Shown here: positions 49,460 to 61,125 of the stretch, piece after piece
Position numbering within the stretch: position 1 is the stretch's first letter
How the letters are laid out: every line of letters starts with the position of its first letter
NCBI RefSeq assembly: GCF_009914755.1
Contig: NC_060933.1
Source of the DNA: the human T2T-CHM13v2.0 reference genome, Homo sapiens
Direction: 5' to 3' (one strand)
Length of the DNA stretch: 64,000 nt
Notes under the pieces: model-generated
Database searches by the model: none
What the model saw: the letters and a program-made list of their open reading frames with translations, nothing else
Told to the model about the DNA's origin: nothing
Program-made: the position numbers and the translations under genes

Positions 49460-50540
49460 GACAGCAAACTGGAACATATTCCTGCCTTCATAATGAGGGA
49501 GAAAGGAAATTAGTGATGATTCTAAGGTGGCAAAGGTCCTGATCTCATCTTTTATGATCTGTATTTTGCCAGAAAAAGAAAAGAAAAGAAATGTGGACAA
49601 TTAGGAAGTAATTAAGATCTCACAGAAGTATCTACGACAGAAAGCAGTTAAGGAAATACTTAGGGATTTGGGGGAAAACACAAATTAGCAGGTTGGACAG
49701 CACATATCCTAACATGTTCCAGGGAAGAGCTAATAGAGTTACTGAAGCACTTAATGATTATTTCTGAGAAGTCACTGAAGAACAGCAGCAGAACATACGC
49801 TTAAATTTTTTACAACATCAAATGTCATATTGATCTTTTAGACAGAAGGGGAAAAATACATGAAATAGAAGCTTTAAGAATGAAGAAAGTGGGGGAAATA
49901 CTTGCAACTGTTATGTGGCAGATATTTTCAGATATAGCAACCCATTCAATCATCCACTTGTAAGCCAGCCCTGGATTCTTCCCATTTTCCAGACTAGGAA
50001 GCAGGGCTTAGGATGGGGAAGCAAATCATCCAAGACAGCCACTAATCATTGCTCGAGCTGGGATTCACCCCAGTCTCTGCCTCATGCTGGCAGGACCCAT
50101 GTCTTGCCATTTTTATTGCTCTTCTATAACAAGGATTAACAAATTGGACACAACCCAGGAAAACAAAAGAATTATGAGGCTGCATAAGGGCAGGGTTAAA
50201 AAAAAAAAAAAAAAAGCACAGATCGCAGCCCGCAAACATGAGAGCTTTTCAATAGAATTACAAAGACAATGGATGAAAAGATCACAAGATGACTTAATCT
50301 GGACCACAATAACTCAAAAATGTTTCTCACAAAATTAATTCAAATGGACTGGGAGAGGCTGCATAGCTGCAAGGCTTGAAAATTAACTCAAAGGCAGTAA
50401 ACAAAGAATAATGATGGAAATAATTCAAATACAAAAGAAGGCACCAAGTCTGGTAGAGCTCAAAGCCCCTTGCAATGTCATTTTATTAATCCTCCTGGCA
50501 AATTGACAATGCAGCAGGACTGGGAGAGGTATAGTCTTGC
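49460..50540 (+). mobile_element. CR1/L3-family ORF2 relic, about 1 kb, interrupted by a MIR (about 49900-50080)
   Basis: Colinear decayed CR1 peptides across frameshifts: ISDDSKVAKVLISSF, VKEILRDL, LDSTYPNMFQGRANRVTEAL/MIISEKS, SNVILIF*TEGEK, HRSQPANM, FNRITKTMDEK, LEN*LKGSKQRIMM. Confidence 0.78.
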
Positions 50541-51289
50541 TGAATAAAGCCTCATTTTGAGACCTGGGGTTAACAGAAGTAAGGTACAAATAAGGGCTAG
50601 TTTCTCACCAGGAGCACCTACCAAAGGAAAAGAGGAGCTGTAGGCATTGCATGAAGGAGAAATAATCCAGGTTGACCAGAAGCCTGACTATCTGGACAAA
50701 CCGAATACTGTCAACCCAGAATTGAAGACCCATCATTTCAGATCCTGCTCAGCTTCTGTGGTTCCCCACCCTGTCTTTTTCCAGTTGACTCAGCCACCAA
50801 GATCATCTTTAGAACCAATCCTTCTTCCTCTGGATCTCCCTAATCCCAAATCCTTACCTAGACTGGGGTTTACTTAGTTAGTACTAGATCAAATTCCCTC
50901 CCAGCACGTTCAGTTTCAACAAGAAACATCCTCCTGTACATGTATGCACCACACACTGTTAGTTTGTAAGGACAGAGAGATGGACAAGGGAAGAGTCCTT
51001 GGCCTGCCCTCTAGGGCTCAGTCTGGAGGGAAATGTCTGGGCCAGAGTTTGCATGGTATATTCATTTAACCTTGCCTGAATTTGTGTTTGGAAGGTCATC
51101 ATCCTTCACAAAAGTTCAAGTTTATTCTCCAAGGGTCAAAGAGTTAACAAATACCACAGTCCAGCATTCAAAACTCTGTCTCTCTGGCACAAAAGCCCAT
51201 GTTTTCTCCATTTGACTACACAAAGCTCATCAAAGCCTTCCACAACCAATGTCTGTACCACCAGTTCACAGTCATAGGTCAAGGAAAAT

Positions 51290-51490
51290 AATAACTTCCA
51301 CGAGCAAGCATTTATTTTGTGCCAGGAATTTTGTTTAACACATGATCTTATACAGTCCTCATAAATCCTATTAGAGTCATCATTAACCACGTATTGCACG
51401 TGAGGAAATGGAAGTTCAAGAAGGAAAAAGTGAAACACAGCTTGCAAGTACAGAAGCAGGAGATTCAAGCTCAAGTCCATCTGCCCTACA
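51290..51490 (-). mobile_element. MIR SINE
   Basis: gtgaggaaatggaagttcaagaagg...caggagattcaagctcaagtc. Confidence 0.72.
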
Positions 51491-51519
51491 GACTTTAAGC
51501 CCACCACTTAGTGAGGATG

Positions 51520-51997
51520 TGTGTGAGTTTCCCATTGCTGCTGTAACGAATGACCACAAACTTAGTGGCATAAAACAGTGCAAACAGTTTTGCAGGTCGG
51601 AAGTCCAAAGTGGGCTTTTGTGGGGCAAAATCAAGGTGTCAGCAGGGCTGCATTCCCTTCTGGAGGCTCTTGGGGATAGCCCCTTTCCTTGTCTTTTCCA
51701 GCTCCTAGAGTTTCATTCCTTGTCTCCTGGCACCTTCCTCCCACTTCAAAGCCCTCAAGTCTCTCTGTATGTCTATCTTCACATCCCCCTCGATGAGTCT
51801 AATGCCACTGCCTGATTCTTATAAGGACACAGTGATTACATAGGGCCCACCTAGATAATCCAGTATAATCTTTTCATCCCAAGATCTTTAACCTAATCAC
51901 ATCTACAAAGTCTCTTTTTCCATATGGCATAGAATATTCACAGGTTAGTAAATTAGGATATGGACATCTTTGGGGGACCATTATTGAGCCCACCACA
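51520..51997 (-). mobile_element. MLT1C-like solo LTR
   Basis: tgtgtgagtttcccattgctgctgtaac...ggacatctttgggggaccattattgagcccaccaca. 5-bp TSD GGATG at 51515-51519 and 51998-52002. Confidence 0.92.
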
Positions 51998-52454
51998 GGA
52001 TGGCAGAAGCACACTTAACTGTAGTAGAAACCCTAATAAGCTCATTTTGCTAAAGAAGACACTGAGGTTCATAGAGGTAAAGTGAGTACTTTGGGACATG
52101 TGTAAGTGGCAAGATAGGAATCTGAACCCAAACTAGTACAATATCAAACTCCATTTTCTCCCCTTCCCATAGTATGTCGCCTCCAGGAAAATGTCAGACA
52201 GATAAACCATTTGGCACTTTTAAATGGATAAATGGCCAATTCAAAATGAATAATCCTTATGAATGATTTTAAGACAGATTTGGTGATTCTCTGGGTTGAT
52301 GGGAGTAGTTGTAGGTGATCTGCCACTTTGCATTTTAGGAAATACCAAGAAATATTTAGGGGTTAGCTGAATGTTGATAAGTGTGACAAAAGGCAAAATT
52401 TTTCCTTCTCAGCAGCCAGGCAAAGCAGGATTTGTGGGAGGAGCGAAGCCTGAG

Positions 52455-52650
52455 CTAAATAGACTAGATATGGATTCAAGCTCCAGATCTTCTGACTGTA
52501 GTCACAACCAGGCTGTGTCACATTTCTGGGATCAGTTTCTGAACTGGAAAATCGGGGCTATGATGTTTTCTTGGGAAGAAAAAATGAGATAATGCCTGTG
52601 TGGTGTCCAACATTGCATCTAGCACATCATAGGAGCTCAATAAATGGTAG
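52455..52650 (+). mobile_element. MIR SINE
   Basis: tggattcaagctccag...tcagtttctgaactggaaaatcgggg...ggagctcaataaatggtag. Confidence 0.72.
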
Positions 52651-53339
52651 GCATTTTTATTTTCTCTCCTCTGTCCTGATTTCAGGTTTTAGAGTAAGAA
52701 ACAAAGACATCTGGCCTTTGTTTGAAGACAGACCGCTAGCTGTGCAACTAATCTTTAAAAAAAAACAACCACTCCCTTCTCTTGCCTATGCTCAAGGTAC
52801 AGCTGAGAGCTTAGAAACTCCAGGCAGACAAACGAAGGAAGGCAGGTGGATAAAGGAAAAGCTCAGCCATCCATCAGACCAAGAGGGGATAAATGCAATG
52901 CATTATTCAGGGAGTTCAGTGGTGGGCCTCTGCTAGGAATGGATGAGGGAGTTGGAGAGGTCTTTTGAACTCCTCGGGATTTGGCCGAAAGCCGAGAGAG
53001 GCCAGATGCCACAGCACCTATTAGTCAGCTGTTGGCCAGCCCTTGGCGATCCACTGGGACTGTTTCAGGAAGCCCAGGGCTCTGAATAGGGCAGGAGGTT
53101 AACCAAGCCACCTCCCCATTCTGCAAAGCCTTTTCTAAAACCCTGTTTTGGAAGCTATGCAGGCACTAAACTGCAGGAAACCAGGCAGAGAAGGCCCTTG
53201 GGGCAGGACCCGCCTCACCTGTAAACAGAATTGCTAATGGCTTGCAGAGGGTGGTTTGACTGGTGATGGACAGCATCCTGAACCCATAAACGTCCCATGC
53301 ATTTGTTGCCATATCTAAAATTACACCTTGACTCTCTGA

Positions 53340-53960
53340 GTGTAAATTAGGATCGCTTTTTAAGAGGGCATTTCAGCAATATCTATGAAAATTAAAAAGT
53401 CCATATTTTTGACCTCATAATACTGCTGCTGAGTAACTTACAGAAATGCACATGGCAAGAAGCTATATATAAATATATATATATAATATATACACAAAAA
53501 AGTTCACTGTAGCATACTTTTAATAACATAAATGTCCATCAATAGGAATATAGCAATAGGAAATAAATTATAGTAATCAATACTACAGAATAATGTCATT
53601 ACAAATAATGATATGGATCCAAATATTCTAATGTTGAAAGATTTCCAATCATTTTAAAGTAAAAAACAAAGATACACATACAAGTGTCAAAATAATAGCG
53701 CAATGATTCTGTATTGGAGGAAATGACAGATGCATATTTGGATTTATCCATACATGTGGCTATAATTAAAGAGAAAAATAAGTGAGAAGAATAAACACCC
53801 GTTACCAGTGATAGTCTCTGGGTAGGAAAGTGAGAAAGGGGATGCAGAATGGAACTATCACTTTCTACCCCACATGATTTTGTTGCGTTTATATTTTTAT
53901 AAAAGGAATGGCTTTATATGTTAATTCTGTAATTTTGAAAAGTATAAATTAAACAATGAA
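53340..53960 (+). mobile_element. L1ME-like 3' fragment
   Basis: aaagttcactgtagcatac, taaatgtccatcaatagga, ttaccagtgatagtctctgggtagga. Confidence 0.75.
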
Positions 53961-54612
53961 ATTCATTTCCACAGGTGATGAGAACAACAAAAGGCTTGGC
54001 AGGTAGGTTCACATCATCATTTCTCAGATGGGAGAGCAGACAAGACAGAAGAAGAGACCTGTCTAACATCACAGAGTGGGGTCAGGGAGTAGATCCAGGG
54101 CTCCTGGTACCTAGTCCAGAGTGTTTCCACCATCTTCAAGGTCTAGATCTTTGGGTGTCCATGTTATGGAGGCAGATTTCCACTGGATAGCAGGGGAACT
54201 TTATATGACACAATACCTGGGAATAATGTGTTGTGGTGGTCTTGTTCAGGATGCTATCTCTGCCACTGGCTGGCCTGTGGCCTCGGCCAAGTTGCTTTTC
54301 CACACTGAGCCTTTGACTCCTTATTTGCAGTATGAAGAAAACACCATTCTCAGGGAGACATTACGAACATCAGTTGTTCCCTTTCCTCCTTTTCAACAAA
54401 CACATATCCACTGCCCCCTTCTTGGGAAAAGGTGGGAGAAAACCAGACTGAGTGTGTCTTAAAACTAGGGGTTCAAGTTTCTGCTCTGTCCTTGACCCAC
54501 CAAGGCAGTGTTTAAGAACCTCTGGAAACCTTCTCCACACTTTATCCCTCCCAAATTCTCTGAATACCTTTGGGTCCTTCCTACTCATCAAGGGGAAAAG
54601 TAAATATGTCTT

Positions 54613-55028
54613 AGATATGTTTTAGATCTGTGTCCCCACCCGAATCTCTTCAACTGTAATCCTCAGTGTTGGAGGTGGGGCCTAGTGGGAAGTGATTGGA
54701 TTCTGGGGACGGATCCTTCATGAATGGTTTAGCACCATCCCCTTGGTGCTGTTCTAGGGATAGCGAGTTCTTACAAGATCTGGTTGTTTAAAAGTATGCA
54801 CCACCTCCTCCTTTGCTCTCTCTTGCTCCTACTCCTGCCGTGTGAGACGTCATGCTCCCTCTTTGCCTTCCACCATGATTGGAAGCTTCTAGAGGACTCC
54901 TCAGAAGCAGAAGCTGCTATATTTCCTGTAAAGCATGCAGAACTGTAAGACAATTAAACCTCTTTTATTTATAAATTACCCAGCCTTTGGGGTACTTCTT
55001 TATATCCATTTGAGGACAGACTAATGCA
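54613..55028 (+). mobile_element. MSTA-like MaLR solo LTR
   Basis: gatatgttttagatctgtgtccccacccgaatctc...attaaacctcttttatttataaattacccag...gactaatgca. 5-bp TSD GTCTT at 54608-54612 and 55029-55033. Confidence 0.93.
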
Positions 55029-55419
55029 GTCTTTGAGTCAAACTGCTGTCATCAGAAATAAAGAGTTTGATATGCTTCCCCACCACGACAGTCTAGAGCC
55101 GGGCGTAGGCAGCGAAAAAGGCTTGTGAGGCAAGACGCCCCTTGCAGGAGCAAAGGGACCCGGTGTTCATTTCGGCTGGTGAGGAGAGTTACTAAACTAC
55201 CACCCACTGACTCAGGGAGAACTAGCCCCAGGTTTATGTAGAAGAGGCAGCCTTGACAAGGTGAAGTGATGGTGACTGGCTGGCTCCAAAAATCTCTCTC
55301 CAATCATCCTGCCTTAGATGACTGGAACTCCACCCTTAATCCTTCCAGTTAAGCCTTCGAAGGCCTCCATTAGCAGTGTAAATGTTTCTCTTGGGAGGAA
55401 TAATAAAATGTAATTGAAG

Positions 55420-56160
55420 TAAACAAACATTTACTGAGTTTGCTTCAAACCAGGCACTTGTGAGCCATGGCAGGGTGTCCAAGGATGAATAAGATGCTAT
55501 CCTGTCCTCCAGGAGCATGTAGATCATTAGAAGCACTGAGATGTATGCCAAATTACTTAAAACGAGAGAGAAAATTCAAAAGAAGATAAAATAAGAAGAA
55601 AGTTCCATAATTGTTCTCTCATCTATATATTTTATCAGAGCTGGATGATAGGATTTATCACCTTGGGGAATTTCCATTAACATGGCTGAAAAGTTTGTAC
55701 TTTATTTGGAATATAATAGATAGCTATGGATATTTTCTGGGTGAAGGGGAGGGAGTGGCATATTTTTTAAAATAGTACTTTACAAAGATCAATCTGACAA
55801 CTCTGTAGAAGATGGATAAGAAGAATCAAGGCAAGAATCAGGAGAAAAACATGAGACACTAATGTGAAAGGTTTTAGAGAACGAGAAACAACAGGATGTG
55901 AGAGGATATAGCAGGAGAAGGTGGGCTCTGAAAAAGATGAAGGGATCCATTTATGTTTTTACTCCACAGTACTTACTTCAGGCAAGGCACCGTGCTGGAA
56001 TCTGAAAATACAATAGAAGGGTTCTACCTTCCTTGAGCTTAGAGTTGAGTGTGGTGGTCACATAGTAATCGAGCATCATAAAAACAAATGTATAACTCAC
56101 AAAGCATGATAAGTTTTCTGGAGAAAGAGATCACAGGATGCTATAAAAGAATGATGACCA
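55420..56160 (-). mobile_element. L2 fragments (continuing at about 56455-56555 and 57700-58070)
   Basis: aacaaacatttactgagtttgc; caaggcaccgtgctggaatctgaaaatacaatag; gtggctggagtgctgggagcaag. Confidence 0.62.
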
Positions 56161-56466
<306 letters not shown>

Positions 56467-56554
56467 TCAGGGGTGGGGCTGCTGGGTACATCTTCTTTGA
56501 CTGAAGTGATATATGATGTGGGTCTAAAGGATAGGTAAGCATGAACTAGGCAAA

Positions 56555-57690
56555 TGAGGTACCACTTCACCCCACTAGGGTAAAGACAGACATTAGCAAG
56601 TGTTGGTGAGGATCTGGAGCAAGTGGAAACCTAGTAGCTGATGGAAAGGTAACATGGTGCAGTTACTTTGAAAAACCACTTGGCAGTTCCTCAAAAACTT
56701 AAACAGAATTACCATATACCCAGCAGTTCCATTCTTAGGTATATACCCAAGGAAAATAAAAACCTATGTCCATGCAAAACTTGTACACAAATGTTTATAG
56801 AGGCATTATTCACGATAACCAAAAAGTGGAAGCAATCCAAATGTCCATCAACAGATGCATGGATAAATAAAATGTAGTCTATCCATACAGTTGATAAAAA
56901 GAAATAAAGTGCTGATAGATGTTTCAATATGGATGAACTTTGAAAACATTTCTAGGTGAAAGAAGGTCACAAAAGACCACATATTGTATGATTTCACTTA
57001 TATGAAATGTCCAGAATAGGAAAATTTGAAGAGACAGAAAATAGATTGGTGGTTACAGCATGGGGAAAAGAGGAGTGACTGCTAATGGTTGTGGGGTTTC
57101 TTTGGAGGTCATGAAATGGTCTGGAAGTGGATAATGGTGATAGTGGCACAAGTGATATGGCTTGGATATTTGCCTCATCCAATATGAGATACATTCCAAC
57201 ATGTATCTCATGTTGAAATACAACCCCCAGTGTTGGAGGTGGGGCCTGGTGGGAGGTCACAGAATCATGGGGGTGGATTTCTCATGAATGGTTTAGTGCC
57301 ATCCACTTGGTACCACCCTCAAGATAGTGACGGAGTTCTTGTGAGATATGATCACTTAAAAGTGTGTGGCACCTCCCCATTTTCTCTCTTGCTCCTGCTT
57401 TTGCCATATTAAGAAGCCTGCTCTTGCTTTGCCTTCCACCATGAGCAAAAGCTCCCTGAGACCTCCCCAGAAGCAGATGCCACCATGCTTCCTGTACAGC
57501 CTGCAGAACCATAAGCCAATTAAACCTCTTTTCTTATAAATTACCCAGTCTCCAGTATTTCTTTATAGCAATGTGTGAACAGACTAATACAACAAGTTCA
57601 TAATTATATGAAAAACCACTAAATTTTACACCTTTAATAGGGTGAATTTTATGGTACGTGAATTATATCTTAAGTAAAAAGTAAATTTTA
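56555..57690 (+). mobile_element. L1MB 3' fragment (interrupted by MSTB)
   Basis: tgaggtaccacttcacccc, ttaggtatatacccaaggaaaataaaaacctatgtcc, aatgtccatcaacagatg. Resumes at 57597 with gggtgaattttatggtacgtgaattatatct. Confidence 0.92.
57153..57591 (+). mobile_element. MSTB-like MaLR solo LTR
   Basis: tgatatggcttggatatttg...gaacagactaataca. 5-bp TSD ACAAG at 57148-57152 and 57592-57596. Confidence 0.94.
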
Positions 57691-58194
57691 AGAAAAGAAT
57701 GAATGAGGTAGAGAGGGTAAAAATAAGGATAGTGTTCTGGTCACAAGAAAGTATATGTAAATGACCAAGGGAGAGAAGATATGGTTCACAGGGAGAATAG
57801 AGGTCAAGGTCAATGTGGCTGGAGTGCTGGGAGCAAGAGAGAGTGATAGCACTTAAGTCTAGAGCTATAGGCAGGGCAGATCATGAGTACCCTTTAGGCT
57901 TGGTTTTTGTCCTCAGAATAATGGGATGCTGATGGGGAATTCTATGCAAGGTAATAACAATTCTATTACTTGGGCTGGTCAACATGACTTGGAGGGAGTC
58001 AAGAAAGTGTAGAGGGTGCCCAGTTGTAGGAGTCCAAGTGAGAAAAGCGAGGTCAAGAGTGGGTGATGGGGTTGGCATGTGTGTGCATGGAGGGAACAGA
58101 GTATGACTAGGTGTGGAGGACTAGCATTATTCTGAGTTCAAGAGCCAGGAGGGACAGCAGGTTTGGGAAAACAGAACAAGTCTGATCTGCAGAG

Positions 58195-58400
58195 ACATTT
58201 ATTTTGCACCTAATATGTGCCAGAGACTGAACAAGGCATTTTATATCCATGTTTCTTTTTATGCTCACAACAAACCAATGAGGTTGATTATTCACACTGT
58301 TTAGGACGGGAAATTAAAGCTCGGGGAGACTAACTTGCCCAAATGCACAGAGGTGGTAGGTGGCAGCATAGGGAGTTAAATCCAGGCTTGATGCCAAAGT
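58195..58400 (-). mobile_element. MIR SINE
   Basis: gggaaattaaagctcggggagactaacttgcccaaatgcacag. Confidence 0.75.
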
Positions 58401-58689
58401 TCTTTGCATCTTTGCTCTACACTAGAATGCTCCTAGGCCAGGGATGGTAAATGACTTTCAACACACACCCAACTCGAATCTATTAGTAGTGACTGCTTTG
58501 GAGCACTGGGTTAAGACCAGTTCTGAGCTCAAGCCCAGGCCCAGCAGGAAAATAGACCACGATTAATCAGGAATGAATGCCGTGAGCACAGAGAGAGGCA
58601 GTGGTGGGGAAAGTGAACCCTATTTGCCATTCCTGCTGTACGAGTTCAAAGGAGGAAAACATAATATCTAGGCAAAGGACTAAAAATGG

Positions 58690-59345
58690 CCACGTGTGAA
58701 CCATCCATATACACAATAGATGACTCTCAAAAATATTAGACTGAGAAAAGATGTCAGAAACAAAAGAATGAATACTATATCCAGAAGGCAGAACTTTTTT
58801 AGTGAAGGGCCAGACAGTAAATATATTAGGCTTTGGGGACCAGAGAGTCTCTGTCACTACTCAACTCTGCCAATATAGAGTAAAAGCAACCGCAGACAAT
58901 ATGTAAACAAATAAGCGTGGCTGTGTTCAAATAAAACTATTTTTAAACACTGAATCTGAAATTTCTTATAATAATTATGGGTCACAAAATATCATTCTTC
59001 TTTTGATTTTCTTTCTAACCATTTACAAATGTAAACACCATTCTTTGCTCACAGGACATACAAAGAGGCAATGAGCCATATTTTGCTCACAGGCCATAGT
59101 TTGCTGACTCCTGTACTGTTTGTATCCATTTATAGCAGGTCAAAAATAGACAAAATTAATAGTTAGAGATATCAGACCAGTGGGTGCCTACAAACTGACT
59201 GACTGGAAGGAATTACTCAGGAACTTGCTGGGGTGATAGAAATGTTCTCAGTTACATGAATATATACATTTGTCAAAACTCACTGAAATGTGCACTTGAG
59301 TGTTTACATTTCATTGCATGCAAATTCAACTTCAATTTAAAAAGT
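58690..59345 (+). mobile_element. L1ME-like 3' fragment (interrupted by MER58B)
   Basis: gatgactctcaaaaatattagactgag ... ggggtgatagaaatgttct...atacatttgtcaaaactcactgaaatgtgcactt. Confidence 0.78.
58781..59113 (+). mobile_element. MER58B hAT MITE
   Basis: aagggccagacagtaaatatattaggcttt...actactcaactctgcc...aggccatagtttgctgactcctg. About 330 bp. Confidence 0.9.
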
Positions 59346-60641
59346 GTGTTGCTTTGAACTGTAACACTTGTGGGGGCTGGGGGTGGGGAGAATGGCTGCC
59401 TGGAGGAGATTTCATTTGATGAACTTGAAGAATGAATTCAGCCTCCAAAGTCAGGAGAAATATATTGAAGGCGAGTAGAGGTAAAATTCAATCAGGGCTC
59501 AAATGCTAACAGAAAGTGGAAAAAATATATATATTTAACAAGAAGCCATGAAAGTATACCCCAACCCACATGCCTCATTGTCCAAAAGCTCCAGCTCAGA
59601 AATAATTGCTTTGCACAATAATTTGGAGATGCAGTCTGGGAGCTGATACAAATGGAGCCGGGTGCAATTTGGGGAGATTTGTTACGCTCAGCTCCCTTCT
59701 ATCAATTCCAGCTGCTCAGATGTTCCTAACCTGTTGCTTGGCATATTGTAACAATGGCTTTTATTTACTGCACTTCCATTAAATGATGAAATCCACGAAC
59801 AGGGGCTCACATGGCAGAAAATCACCATTTACTTCTCCACTTATCTTGTGTCAGCAGCCAAGATCTTCATCTCGGCTCCTGGGATCTGGCTTCAGCAGCC
59901 AGCTGCAGTGCTACCTGGGAATATCGGTAGAGCAGCTCAAATATGGGCGGTGGGACTGAGCTGCTGGGCGGGGTTGCGTGAGTGCAAATCATAGTCCTTG
60001 GAAGGTGAGCAGGCAGTGAGGCCATATAGGATTATGCTGGGTTGCCAAAGAAAGAGATGGATGTACACTCAGGTTTTACCCAGAACTCAAGGTATCTTGG
60101 GAAGTTTTGGGAAAGTGAGGTGGTTGATTAGGAGAAATATTGGATGGGATGTTGATTCAAAGACAAAAGCGAAACCCAAGATAACCTTCACCTGAGTGAA
60201 TCACTGGTCCTTTTACAGTATAACACATCTCGGCCTAACCAAGCCAGGAGATCTTCACTCCAATGTTAGTTTTGCTACCAGATAAATGACTAGAGATGTG
60301 ATACGAGTCCCTTCCCACCTCTGCACTTTGCTCTCCCTTCTGTGAAAAGAAGTTAAACTGAGTAATCTATTTCAGCTCTAATGTTCTTTTAATCCAACCT
60401 TGGTTCTCCCACTAACTTGATAAGTAACTCTCAGCAAGTCATTTCCTATGGGCCATGGCTTCCACATGATACACTGAGAGGGTTGACTGTGACAATCTTG
60501 AAAGGCCCTCCCAGGTTTAGAGCTCTCTGATCTCATCTGCTAAGACTCAGAACATTTATCTCGTTGATTTTGTCAAATTGTACTTTGGGGTTAGAGTTGA
60601 GTATACATCATTCTTCCCAATCCTACTTCAATCCCTAGCAA

Positions 60642-60800
60642 AGGGAATGGGTGGATAGATGGGTGAATGGATGTTGGATGAAGGGGTGGAAGGGAGGATA
60701 GGTGGATGGCAAATAGATGAATCAGTGGTAGGATGATCAGATGGATAAATGGATAAAAGGGAGTTTGGGAAAACTGGAGAACAGATAAATGGGATGATGG
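60642..60800. repeat. Degenerate (GGAT)n low-complexity tract
   Basis: gggtggatagatgggtgaatggatgttggatg...gatggataaatggata. Confidence 0.8.
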
Positions 60801-61042
60801 AAATCCACAACAAATACCTCAGTATTTCCTTTCCTGTCCATAGTTCAGTTCCAGTGTACTGAGTACCCATAATGATGAACTCCACTATATATAGTATCGA
60901 AGTTTTTGATGCTTTCTGGATTCTTCACTTCAGGAAAAAAAGAATCATAACATTCTTTTTATTTCAAAGTATGCACATGAATTATAAGTACACATCATGC
61001 CTATTAATATATTAACTGTGAAAGGAACATAAGGGAATATGC

Positions 61043-61125
61043 CTCGAACTCCTGGCCTCAAGTGATCTTCCCACCTCAGTCTCCCACAGTGGTAGGATTA
61101 TAGGCATAAACCACTGTGCCCAGCC
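61043..61125 (-). mobile_element. Alu 5' fragment (first ~83 nt, J/FLAM-type) without tail
   Basis: ctcgaactcctggcctcaagtgatcttccc...ccactgtgcccagcc, flanked by ataagggaata at 61029-61039 and 61126-61136. Confidence 0.9.

Noticed and set aside
55077-55095. REST/NRSE-like site (ttccccaccacgacagtc)
   Set aside because: Mismatches in the left half and a missing base in the GGACAG half-site.
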